Shown: positions 18,539-27,456 of the stretch, in pieces | Layout: each line of letters opens with the position of its first letter | Numbering within the stretch: position 1 is the first letter of the stretch | Assembly (NCBI GenBank): GCA_964641225.1 | Contig: CAZXKC010000001.1 | Location: forward strand, 23,268-87,267 | Reading direction: 5' to 3' | DNA: 64,000 nt | Source of the DNA: an uncultured Candidatus Saccharibacteria bacterium | GTDB lineage: Bacteria; Patescibacteriota; Minisyncoccia; UBA6257; 1-14-0-10-44-23 | The notes under the pieces: generated by a model | What the model was told of the DNA's origin: nothing | The model's input: only the letters and a program-made list of their open reading frames with translations | Databases searched by the model: none | Made by a program: the position numbers and the translations under genes

Positions 18539-18645
18539 CGCTTCAGGGGCATCAATTGCCGTAATCTCAAAAGACCGCTAAACTCAAGTTCTTCACGAAT
18601 ATGCTTCCAATCAAGGGTTCTAAACTTGTTCAATAGAGGGAGCCA
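18535..18645 (-). other. attR of Element 1 carrying the displaced LSR1 C-terminal tail
   Basis: Core GGAGCC 18639-18644; minus strand reads W-LPLLNKFRTLDWKHIREELEFSGLLRLRQLMPLKR* in the same phase as LSR1 G-LRR*. Confidence 0.75.
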
Positions 18646-18673
18646 ATGTTTCTTGTGAATCCGACCCGTCTCT

Positions 18674-19735
18674 ATGAAAGACGCGCGTGTTAATCCTTCC
18701 GAGGCAATAGAGATATTTTCTCTATTAAAAATAGAGATTGAGGGTTATACTAATTCAGTGTATACCAAGAACTTATATCTCAGTTCGGTGACTCGCAGCC
18801 TTGTCATGCTTACTGATTATTTAAAGCTTTCCTCTTCGATATCGTTAACAGATGCGAATAAGCTTAGCGAAGATTTTTTTTGTGGTTTATTGAATCTTAT
18901 TTTTGGATACAATCTCCAGAACTTAAATTCCGGTAAGCAGAATTATCCCGCAATTGATCTTGGGGATAAAGACAGAAAACTTTCAGTGCAAGTTACTATT
19001 GATAATTCGAGCGAAAAAATCAAAAAAACACTTTCGATTTTTGATGCAAATAATGTTGGAAAAGAATACCAGCGTGTTATTGTGTTTATCGCGGGATATA
19101 AGCAGAAACGTTACAGCGTTGAATTTACAAGTTCGAACATAAATTTTTCAAAAGGTGATGATATTCTAGATCTGAATGATCTAGTTAAATCGATCGCAGC
19201 AAGCGATACTAAAAAAATTTGCGAAATTGATAAATATCTAGAGAAGGAGCTTGTTTCAAAAATTCAAGGATCCAATATTGATCCTACGCGTTTGCTGGAT
19301 GAAGATATTCGAGATATCTTAGGGGCAATATCGGATTTTATTGAGAATAAAAATGAAAAAGTCATTCACAATGAAACTGTTATCGTGCGAGATGAAAATT
19401 TTATTGAAAGAAAAAACGAATTAAATAATATATCGGAAATATTGTTCAATAACGAGATAACGCCCAGCCTAATTTATTCAGAGCAGGTCAAAAATTTTCT
19501 AATTAATCCTATCAATAAAAATCACTTAGCAAAATATCTGTCAATAACTCATAGGATCCAAGTCGATTACAAACGAGGGATGGCGGATCGAAAAATTGAA
19601 GGCGTCGAGTTCGTATTTAGAAAAATTTTCGAAGGTTTGACTGGGCAATATAATAATCGTCATTTAGACAGCACAAAAATCCTTATTGTGCTTCATAATA
19701 TGTATTTTAATTGCGATATCGGGCTGAATCCTTAG
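18674..19735 (+). CDS. SMEK-domain effector with ABC-3C C-terminal domain (Lamassu LmuA-like)
   Basis: SEDFFCGLLNLIFGYNLQNLN..NYPAIDLGD..SVQVT; C-terminal HNMYFNCDIG; true start may be GTG 18758. Confidence 0.8.
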   Translation: MKDARVNPSEAIEIFSLLKIEIEGYTNSVYTKNLYLSSVTRSLVMLTDYLKLSSSISLTDANKLSEDFFCGLLNLIFGYNLQNLNSGKQNYPAIDLGDKDRKLSVQVTIDNSSEKIKKTLSIFDANNVGKEYQRVIVFIAGYKQKRYSVEFTSSNINFSKGDDILDLNDLVKSIAASDTKKICEIDKYLEKELVSKIQGSNIDPTRLLDEDIRDILGAISDFIENKNEKVIHNETVIVRDENFIERKNELNNISEILFNNEITPSLIYSEQVKNFLINPINKNHLAKYLSITHRIQVDYKRGMADRKIEGVEFVFRKIFEGLTGQYNNRHLDSTKILIVLHNMYFNCDIGLNP

Positions 19736-19739
19736 TTTT

Positions 19740-19976
19740 ATGCTCAAGCCGACAAAATATACTAATCTTCAAACCTCAGTAGTCTCTCTGGCAGCAGAGA
19801 TTTTGAAGATATTTTCTCATAACAAAGTTTTGCAGTATGATGATCTTTTCAGAAAAATCATTGATAGGAAAGGCAAAGAAGCGAAGGAGAACTTTCTTCT
19901 CGCTCTTAATTTCTTATTTTTGTTAGGCAAAATCGAGTATTACCAAAAGGGTGATTTATTTGAATACCGAAAATGA
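19740..19976 (+). CDS. ABC-three-component middle component (LmuC-like)
   Basis: MLKPTKY...LALNFLFLLGKIEY between effector and ATPase. Confidence 0.75.
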   Translation: MLKPTKYTNLQTSVVSLAAEILKIFSHNKVLQYDDLFRKIIDRKGKEAKENFLLALNFLFLLGKIEYYQKGDLFEYRK

Positions 19977-21739
19977 AGATTAAGAAAATTTATTCAAACA
20001 ACATAGCAATGCGCCCCATTTTATTTAATGAGGGTTTTTGTGTAGTGTATGGCGATGTTGAAAAGCGCAATGATAGAAACGAACATAATCTTGGCAAGAC
20101 TTCATTGGTGCATTTGATCGATTTTTTGCTTTTAAAAAAGGGCGGGGAAAAGCACAACATTTTTAATAAATATAAAAATAAATTTTCTGGATGGATATTT
20201 TTCATTGAACTTGATTTGGGCAACAGTCAGTATTTAACTATAAAAAGAGGGGTAGATAAATCGAGCGAGGTTTCTTTCAAATCGCATAGTAATTCTAACC
20301 AAGATTTTTCCACAGAGACTAGCTGGGATCGCAAAGATACTAAGCTTTATGCAAAAAAAGAAGAAAATTCTGTAGCGATTTTAGAAGAATATTTAAATTT
20401 TGATGTCGCGGCAGATTATGGGTATAGACATTTTTTGGCATATCTCCTAAGAACACAATATGATTACGTAGATGTTTTTAAGATGAACCAATTTGAAGGT
20501 AAGGACGTTGACTGGAAACCCCACCTTTTTAGTCTTCTGGGGTATTCCGATCAGAATGTATTAAAAAAATATCGAATTGATATTGAAATCGGCAACATCA
20601 GAAATATTTTAAAAACAATTGTTGGGGGATCTGATTTTATAAATCAGACATATACGATAAAGGCTGCTATCGCTGAAAGAGAGAAAGAGAAGAAGCAAGC
20701 GCAAGATAGTTTAGATAAATTTGATTTCTATATGAGAGAGGCGAAGCTCAACAAGGAGTTAATTGAAGAAATCGAATCTGGCATATCAAGATTCAACTCT
20801 GAAAGATATAGGATTGAATACGAAATCAATAAAATTAAAGTTTCTTTAGAAAATGGCCCCACTTTTTCATTGGAAGAAATAAAAAAGGTGTTTGATGAAA
20901 CTAAGCTATATTTTCCTGATGATCTTAAGAAGGGTTATCAAGAAGTTATCGAATTTAACACTAATCTTTCCGCTGAGCGATCCAAGTATCTGAAGGAGAT
21001 GCTAAAGAACAATTTAGATTATTTGTCGGAGATTAAAGCAAAGCTCGAAGATCTTAACAAAAACAGGCAGCAGGTTCTGGCTGTTTTAAGAGAGGGCGAT
21101 ACTTTCAAAAAGTATAAGGCATTGCAAGAAAACATCGGCAAGATTAATGAACAAATTCATCAGTATGGAGAAAAATTAAAGAGTCTCGACACTGCCGAAA
21201 ATTATAACCAGAAAAAATCTCTTTTAAGAGATGAGTCGAAGCAAGCTGCAAAGTTAGTCAAGGAAACTATTGATCAGGGAAGTGAAATTTTTGATTCTAT
21301 AAAACAGCTGTTTACGGAAATTTATAAAGATACTATGGAAAACACTGCCGTGCTAGTCGTTCGACCAAACTCAGAGGGTAATCCAGAATTCGAAGCAAAG
21401 ACCTTAGGCGAAGATCCTGATCAATTGACCGGTAAAAGCGAAGGATACACATCTACGAAAGTACAATGCGCAGCTTTTGTTCTAGCCATTTTAGCCGTCT
21501 ATTCTTCTTTGGGTAAAAGATTTTTTAAATTCGCCTATTATGATGGCTTATTCGAGGGATGGGGCGATAATCCGAAAATTAAATTTATCGAGACTATAAG
21601 AGATTTTTCTGATAAGTATGATATCCAATACATCGTTAGTATGATTAAAAGTGATGTACCCGTAGGTTTTGAGTTTAATGAAGGAGAAGAAATAGCAAAA
21701 TTAGATACCGAGCATACTCTCTTTGGTATTAATTTTTAA
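19973..21739 (+). CDS. ABC/SMC-like ATPase, DUF2326-type (LmuB-like)
   Basis: HNLGKTS Walker A, long coiled coil, degenerate Walker B FAYYDG, QYIVS. Confidence 0.85.
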   Translation: MKIKKIYSNNIAMRPILFNEGFCVVYGDVEKRNDRNEHNLGKTSLVHLIDFLLLKKGGEKHNIFNKYKNKFSGWIFFIELDLGNSQYLTIKRGVDKSSEVSFKSHSNSNQDFSTETSWDRKDTKLYAKKEENSVAILEEYLNFDVAADYGYRHFLAYLLRTQYDYVDVFKMNQFEGKDVDWKPHLFSLLGYSDQNVLKKYRIDIEIGNIRNILKTIVGGSDFINQTYTIKAAIAEREKEKKQAQDSLDKFDFYMREAKLNKELIEEIESGISRFNSERYRIEYEINKIKVSLENGPTFSLEEIKKVFDETKLYFPDDLKKGYQEVIEFNTNLSAERSKYLKEMLKNNLDYLSEIKAKLEDLNKNRQQVLAVLREGDTFKKYKALQENIGKINEQIHQYGEKLKSLDTAENYNQKKSLLRDESKQAAKLVKETIDQGSEIFDSIKQLFTEIYKDTMENTAVLVVRPNSEGNPEFEAKTLGEDPDQLTGKSEGYTSTKVQCAAFVLAILAVYSSLGKRFFKFAYYDGLFEGWGDNPKIKFIETIRDFSDKYDIQYIVSMIKSDVPVGFEFNEGEEIAKLDTEHTLFGINF

Positions 21740-21768
21740 AGTTACCCAATTCTTTAAATCAGAAATAT

Positions 21769-23121
21769 TTATGCCTGGATTCGCATGCAGATCAACTTGT
21801 CCTTGACCTCGATCTTGCTTTTGATGCAGGCAATAATCTCCCTCTTTTCGTCCTTTGTTCCGTTAAGAAGGGTATGCTTTACGTAGTTTCGGACATCGGC
21901 ATCGCACGTTGCCCGATCAAATTCAGTTTCACGGCCAAGCACCGTGTAGCTGAACTTTTTATAATGGTTGATTTCTTTCTCAATTTTTTCTTTGATCGCA
22001 ATTTCGTCTACGTCAATTTTATCAATCAGGCGGACAAGCTGCTGCGCTAGATCCTCCTCGCGGATCGGTTTCTGTTTACAGTAGCGGTCACGCGATTTGG
22101 TGCAGTGATAGTAGACATATCGATTCTGGCCACCATCTTTAAGCTTTTTGAATTTTTCCTCTGCTGTTATCCCTGACTCGCAGCCACCGCAATAAAACAA
22201 GCGGGTAAAGTTAAATTCATTCGTGCCAGGGTGCCGCCGTGCTGGCATAAGCATGTTAGCCCTCGCTTTTAGGTAGAGATCTTTATCAATAATCGGATCA
22301 TGCGCTCCCTTATACCATTTGCCGCTTCCAACAGGGTATTCGAACTCTCCGTAGTAGAAGGTATCTTGGAGAATTCTGAAAATCCCGCTCAATGCAATCC
22401 TTTTGCCGGATCGAGTCGTAATATTTTTTTCTTGCGTTAGCCAAGTGTATAAATCCCTGCCACTCGCATTTTCGTAAGCCACCTTCTCAAACATCTCCTT
22501 TACTATCGGTCCACGAATCGGATCAATCGTCATTTTCTTTTGACCCTTATCCGCAAACTTATCGTGCAGATACCCAATAGGTGGCAATCCTGGCCGCCAC
22601 CCCATTTCGCACTTTGCTCGTAGTCCTCGCTTCACATTTTCACCTTTATGGTCATTTTCCAATTTTGCCTGACTGCACAGAATCATAAGCAAGAATTTTT
22701 CGTTCGGTGAATTCGTAAATCTTTGGCCATGAGTTCTGATATCAACTAGAGCTTTTTGGTCCATCAGATCAACGATACTGCCAAGGTCGCCCGCATTTCT
22801 GCTAATACGAGATGGATCCCACGCGATAATACCGTTGAACATACCCTTGCGGATATCAACGATCATCTGTTGGAATACAGGTCGTTGTCCTGACTCTTTT
22901 GCCGAATGAGATTCGCGGCGCACCTCGGCAACCTCGATACCTTCGCGCGCTGCCATCGCTAACATTTCGTTGATCTGCGAATCAATGGAGAGAGCCTGTA
23001 ATTCGTCCTGTTCGCTAGATTTTCTGGCATACAGGCAATACCTGACGTTTATTTGAGGTTGTTCCTTCCTTTGGACGCCAACTCCCGGCACATCTTTTAA
23101 TTGTGTATTTTCCATATACAC
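21769..23121 (-). CDS. large serine recombinase 2
   Basis: YCLYARKSSE, SRISRN, CGGC...YYHC; short coiled coil; not ending at a GGAGCC junction. Confidence 0.93.
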   Translation of the reverse strand: MYMENTQLKDVPGVGVQRKEQPQINVRYCLYARKSSEQDELQALSIDSQINEMLAMAAREGIEVAEVRRESHSAKESGQRPVFQQMIVDIRKGMFNGIIAWDPSRISRNAGDLGSIVDLMDQKALVDIRTHGQRFTNSPNEKFLLMILCSQAKLENDHKGENVKRGLRAKCEMGWRPGLPPIGYLHDKFADKGQKKMTIDPIRGPIVKEMFEKVAYENASGRDLYTWLTQEKNITTRSGKRIALSGIFRILQDTFYYGEFEYPVGSGKWYKGAHDPIIDKDLYLKARANMLMPARRHPGTNEFNFTRLFYCGGCESGITAEEKFKKLKDGGQNRYVYYHCTKSRDRYCKQKPIREEDLAQQLVRLIDKIDVDEIAIKEKIEKEINHYKKFSYTVLGRETEFDRATCDADVRNYVKHTLLNGTKDEKREIIACIKSKIEVKDKLICMRIQA

Positions 23122-23181
23122 AATGAATGACGCAGCGCATCTACGAAGTCTAGACCCGTCCCATCTCCGTCAGTTGGTAAC

Positions 23182-23616
23182 TTATTTCTTCCAGAAAACG
23201 CGCCCTGTGATTACAAACGAAAGGATTCCAATTGGAGCTGTCAAAATTAAGAGTAGCGATACAACTAACGGCAAACTAAGCCATGCAGTAAGGCCGGCAT
23301 TCTTATGAATGGTGATGAGCAGAATCGGAAAAATGAAAACTCCAATTCCAAAAAGAAGCGATCTATTAATTAGTTTCAGAAAATCAGTTCGTATTTTTTC
23401 TTTGAAGATTTCAAAAAGAAAGTACGTTGCAATATACATTCCAGCGACTAGGGACCAATCAAGTAGCGTGTTATTTGATTTTGTGGGGTCATTTTTTGCT
23501 ATCTCAGATAATGCGACAACAAGACCCGGGAAAAAGACCGCAACCACCAATGCGAGATTGAGTCTATTCTGTACTTCATTAACTAATTCTTGGTGCTTTT
23601 TGGCAACTTTATCCAT
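23182..23616 (-). CDS. membrane protein (about 4 TM)
   Basis: Four hydrophobic segments. Confidence 0.6.
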   Translation of the reverse strand: MDKVAKKHQELVNEVQNRLNLALVVAVFFPGLVVALSEIAKNDPTKSNNTLLDWSLVAGMYIATYFLFEIFKEKIRTDFLKLINRSLLFGIGVFIFPILLITIHKNAGLTAWLSLPLVVSLLLILTAPIGILSFVITGRVFWKK

Positions 23617-23767
23617 GGGGACGATAATACGCTGGAAACAAGCTATAGTCTAGAAATACTAGCTTGTTGGTAACTAAGGCTTCGCAAGCCTCCGATACTA
23701 AGCTAGGGTACTGGCAGCGCAACAGGTTTCGCGCTAAAATCTCATTAACAACTTAATAGGAAGAGCA

Positions 23768-23900
23768 GCCTAACCCGCGTGGGCAACCACGCGGTATGGC
23801 TCAAAATCGTTGAACACAAAAAGCTCCTAGTCAGAGCGTGTTCAACGTCGTACGCCGAAAGGTGTACGGGCCCGCAAGGGTATCTGGCTGGGGGCTTTTT
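23768..23900 (+). ncRNA. unidentified structured RNA, copy 2
   Basis: Same architecture as 10920-11058 with compensatory changes; preceded by TAAAAT and ACAACTTAATA; ends in a U-run. Confidence 0.8.
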
Positions 23901-23937
23901 ATTTCCCTCAGTTAATTATTCATTAATCATTAACCGT

Positions 23938-24459
23938 ATGGATCAGAAAACTAAGCAGTGTCCGAAGTGCAAGATGGAGATTCCGTTCAAGGCAACAAGA
24001 TGCCCTCATTGCAGAGCTGGTCAGCACAGTAAATTAGCCGTCATATTGGCAGTTATTATTTTCGGGTCGCTCTTCATCCTTTTCCTCAGCGACATGTTCT
24101 CAAGTGATACGCCCGCCCCAACGCCAACTATTCCTGAGTTTGTAGAAACTGTTTCTGCGATACGACTCATGAATGCCTATAAGGAAAACGAAGTAGCTGC
24201 GGACAGCCAATATAAGGGCCACCTTGTCGAAGTTCACGGCACTATCGATACCATCGGGAAGGATATCTTGGACACACCGTATGTGAGCCTCAAAGCAAGC
24301 TACAATCAGTACGACTTTGGTACAGTACAGTGCATGTTCGACAAGAACAGCCAATCCCAGCTCGCCTCGCTTTCCAAGGGCACTGAAATCACCCTCCATG
24401 GACGCGTCAGTGGCAAGCTGGGAAATGTCATCGTTCGGGACTGCTCTATAGTCCCTTAA
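23938..24459 (+). CDS. Zn-ribbon + TM + tRNA_anti-like OB-fold protein
   Basis: CPKC..CPHC; YKENEVAADSQYKG; start reassigned to ATG 23938. Confidence 0.8.
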   Translation: MDQKTKQCPKCKMEIPFKATRCPHCRAGQHSKLAVILAVIIFGSLFILFLSDMFSSDTPAPTPTIPEFVETVSAIRLMNAYKENEVAADSQYKGHLVEVHGTIDTIGKDILDTPYVSLKASYNQYDFGTVQCMFDKNSQSQLASLSKGTEITLHGRVSGKLGNVIVRDCSIVP

Positions 24460-24947
24460 TCTTCCGTTTCTGAGTCTTCCGCAATCTTGTCATCCCCAAG
24501 CTCTGACCAATCTTCATTCTTAGCGGTACCCATAATACTGGCGAATGCTTTGACTGCTCGCTGAATCTCTTCTAGTCGTTCAGGAGACAGCGGTTTATTC
24601 AGGCGTACCAACTCATCAAATCGTTCGCGCTCTTCCTTTGCCAGTGGTTCCATGAAGATTGAACGCACCGGGATATACCGCTTGTCGTTATGGATCAAGA
24701 AAAACTTAATCGCAGCCATATTGCCGTCTTTAACATTCTTCAGGAGAGCCGACTCAGCCATGTCGACCCAGACGGAACGGCCAACGAGAATTGCATCATC
24801 AACTCGCACCTTAAAGAGCTCATCCTCCTTCATCCACCTATATACGGTGGTACGTCCAATACCTGATTTCTTGCAGGCGTAGTTGATCTGCGGAGCCTCC
24901 TCAAGTATTTCAAGAAACTTGAGTTTCTCCTTTGCGCTCTTTGCCAT
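24456..24947 (-). CDS. HTH protein resembling phage terminase small subunit N-terminus
   Basis: ACKKSGIGRTTVYRWMKED...DMAESAL..GNMAAIKFFL. Confidence 0.7.
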   Translation of the reverse strand: MAKSAKEKLKFLEILEEAPQINYACKKSGIGRTTVYRWMKEDELFKVRVDDAILVGRSVWVDMAESALLKNVKDGNMAAIKFFLIHNDKRYIPVRSIFMEPLAKEERERFDELVRLNKPLSPERLEEIQRAVKAFASIMGTAKNEDWSELGDDKIAEDSETED

Positions 24948-26265
24948 ATATCTTCACACGCTTCTTACCTGAATACTTCTCCCAACGGTGCATGATGACC
25001 TCTGCGTACGTTGGTGATTTCTCCATGATGAAGCAACGACGCCCGATCATGTTGGAGGCAATTAAAGTGCTACCGCTACCACCAAACGGCTCTAAGACGA
25101 GCTGACCCCGCTTGGTAAGGACCTTGATATATGGGATGAGAATCTCAGTGGGCTTTACGCCAAAGATGATAGCCTGGCCCGATGACTTCTCATCTGCGGC
25201 ATTGAAATCTACGAAGTCAGTTGGGCAGTACTTCTTACCTTTGCCATACGCTTCCCAGTGCGGACTGCCTGAGATGGCAAAAAGCGCCGTCTGATATTCG
25301 TTCATCACCAGCTCGTTTTCGTCCTGTAGATTGAGTCCTGAATGAGGTTCGCTGGTACCGACCATAGCGATGTCGTGTTTGGAGAAGAGCTTGTGCTTGC
25401 CGGAGTAGCCCTGATTTCGATTAGGCAGCCGCCAAACAATCATGTTGCGGACTTTCCAGTGTTTCTCGATCTCACCCCAGATCTCTCTAAGGTTCTTCCA
25501 GTTCTCGTAACAGATGATGGAGAAATCTTTAGCCTGCACCTTCGCCACGTTATTCATCCAGAGAGTCGTGAAGTCTTCAGGTAAGACATCAGTTTCTAGA
25601 TAACGGCGGTTTTTCTTGGTACCAAAACCAACCGTCGGCTTACCGTTACGGGTTTTACCTTTTAAGTAATCGAGGCGGTACGGAGGATCAGTCATGACCA
25701 TATCCGCCTTCTCATTACCCATGAGTGCGAGCATGTCAGCCTCTATGGTGCTGTCACCGACCATGAGGCGAGAACCATCCAGATCGTATATGTCACCCTT
25801 CTGTGCGGCGATGCTGGTGATGTTAAGCTTGTCGAGCTCCTCCTGCAGATCAAATTCCTGTTCAACTTTCTCTTCTTCAAAGATTCCATCCAGTTCTTCA
25901 GAACCAAAGCCGACGTCAGCCAAGAATGACTCATCAAACTCAGCAAGTAACTCAAGGTCAAATTCACCCTGGTTTTTGTTGAGACGAAGATTGAGCTCCT
26001 TCTCCTTGGCGAGGTCAGGAATATTCACGAACACTACGGGTACCTCTGCGTATCCAAGCTCTTGGAGAACAGAGAGTCGAAAGTTTCCGCCGATCAAGAT
26101 ATTCTCTCGACCCTTGCCGTTATTCACGATGAGTGGGTCAACGACGCCAAAGCGTTTAATGCTCTCCTGTAAGCCAGCAGCCTGCTCTTTGTTGTGCTTA
26201 CGTGGATTGTACTCGGCTGGCTTCAACTGCGAGAGCGGGACGTACACTACTTCTAATTTTTGCAT
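24910..26265 (-). CDS. ParB-like N-terminal domain + N6/N4 DNA methyltransferase
   Basis: LKPAEYNPR, TDPPY, VLEPFGGSGSTL. Confidence 0.9.
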   Translation of the reverse strand: MQKLEVVYVPLSQLKPAEYNPRKHNKEQAAGLQESIKRFGVVDPLIVNNGKGRENILIGGNFRLSVLQELGYAEVPVVFVNIPDLAKEKELNLRLNKNQGEFDLELLAEFDESFLADVGFGSEELDGIFEEEKVEQEFDLQEELDKLNITSIAAQKGDIYDLDGSRLMVGDSTIEADMLALMGNEKADMVMTDPPYRLDYLKGKTRNGKPTVGFGTKKNRRYLETDVLPEDFTTLWMNNVAKVQAKDFSIICYENWKNLREIWGEIEKHWKVRNMIVWRLPNRNQGYSGKHKLFSKHDIAMVGTSEPHSGLNLQDENELVMNEYQTALFAISGSPHWEAYGKGKKYCPTDFVDFNAADEKSSGQAIIFGVKPTEILIPYIKVLTKRGQLVLEPFGGSGSTLIASNMIGRRCFIMEKSPTYAEVIMHRWEKYSGKKRVKIYGKERKGETQVS

Positions 26266-26536
26266 ACCTAAAATAGCTGATTATTTTTTTAATCAATTTA
26301 GGTCGCAGTTTCGGTAGTCAAAATAAAAACGGCTGCGAGCTACAGAGTGGGAAGGCCAATGATCGACGCGCCTTACTCTTTGCTTTCAACCGTTACGGTA
26401 CAAACTAGGAATTGCTTTAATTTTAGTCCTTTTAATTATTCTGTCAATTTATCCGGATCAGCTTTTTTTCAAAATACCAGCTTCGAGGTAGTTCATTGAA
26501 AATATTGAGGAAAACGGAGATAATGAGGTTACTTAT

Positions 26537-26878
26537 ATGGGTGTTTTTGACGAATTAAAATCCGTTGGCAAAGTTCTTCAGGAGGCTGGTAAAATTGAGC
26601 AATATCAGCAGATTTTGGATGCGCAGCAGAAAATGCTTGAAATGCAAAAGAAAGTTGCTGATCTTGAACAGGAAAATAGAGGGCTAAAAGAAAGATTGAA
26701 TCTTAAGGAGCAGCTTGTTCATAGGGCAGAGGTTTATTACATTAAAAAAGCGAATTCAGAAGAAGGTCCTTTCTGCGCTAAATGCTTCGATGTAGACGAA
26801 AAATTGGTTCACATGACGCAATGGAATGAAAAATGCAAGAAGTGCCCCAATTGCGATAAGGTATTTCAGATTATGTAA
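26537..26878 (+). CDS. coiled-coil + Zn-ribbon hypothetical protein
   Basis: GPFCAKC...CPNC. Confidence 0.7.
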   Translation: MGVFDELKSVGKVLQEAGKIEQYQQILDAQQKMLEMQKKVADLEQENRGLKERLNLKEQLVHRAEVYYIKKANSEEGPFCAKCFDVDEKLVHMTQWNEKCKKCPNCDKVFQIM

Positions 26879-26880
26879 TT

Positions 26881-27438
26881 ATGAAAATTCCTTGGTCAGA
26901 TCGCAAAAAAGCTTTGATCGTGGTTGATGTGCAGCCTGGTTTCATGAACGCTCGCGACAGTGGGAATATTTTGGTAGTTGGATTTGCCAGACCAGATGAA
27001 GAAATCCCTAAGCGGTTTGAAGAAGAAAAAGCTCGCATATTGCAGCGAGTAGGCGACAGAAAGATTACTGTTATACTTGCTTCAACGAACAATCTTATTG
27101 ATCAAGCAAAACAGGCTCACGCTATAGATATCATCGGCGGTGAAACCGAGAAACTAATGGAAACCTTAAAGCGATTTCCTGATTTTACTGAAGCTATTAA
27201 AGGGAAAACAGTTGGGGGATCCTCAGCCGGTGCGTATATACTCTCCAGGTATTATCATTCTGCGTCGAGTGATACCGTTTATGAAGGCTTTGGGTTAGTG
27301 CCTGTTCGCGTAATCTGTCATTATGGGAGCGATAAGTTCGAAACGAGAGGTAATCCTATGGAGCAGATGAAAAAATATCCTGAGAATTTAGAACTTGTTA
27401 CATTGCGAGACTGCGAATGGCGAGTTTTTAATATCTAA
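26881..27438 (+). CDS. peptidase S51/GATase-like protein with isochorismatase-like N-terminal fragment
   Basis: ALIVVDVQPGF, then GGET, GSSAGA, VICHY. Confidence 0.6.
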   Translation: MKIPWSDRKKALIVVDVQPGFMNARDSGNILVVGFARPDEEIPKRFEEEKARILQRVGDRKITVILASTNNLIDQAKQAHAIDIIGGETEKLMETLKRFPDFTEAIKGKTVGGSSAGAYILSRYYHSASSDTVYEGFGLVPVRVICHYGSDKFETRGNPMEQMKKYPENLELVTLRDCEWRVFNI

Positions 27439-27456
27439 GATTTACATATTACTTAT

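Larger units (their letters stand above)
6295..18644. mobile_element. Element 1: ~12.3-kb LSR integrative element in the tRNA-Asn 3' end
   Basis: GGAGCC direct repeat at 6295-6300 and 18639-18644; LSR, Xis-like HTH, RCR Rep, R-M and cargo inside; in-frame LSR tail at the right end. Confidence 0.8.

Noticed and set aside
23779-23937. N-terminal extension of the OB-fold ORF
   Set aside because: Runs through structured RNA copy 2; ATG 23938 is the plausible start
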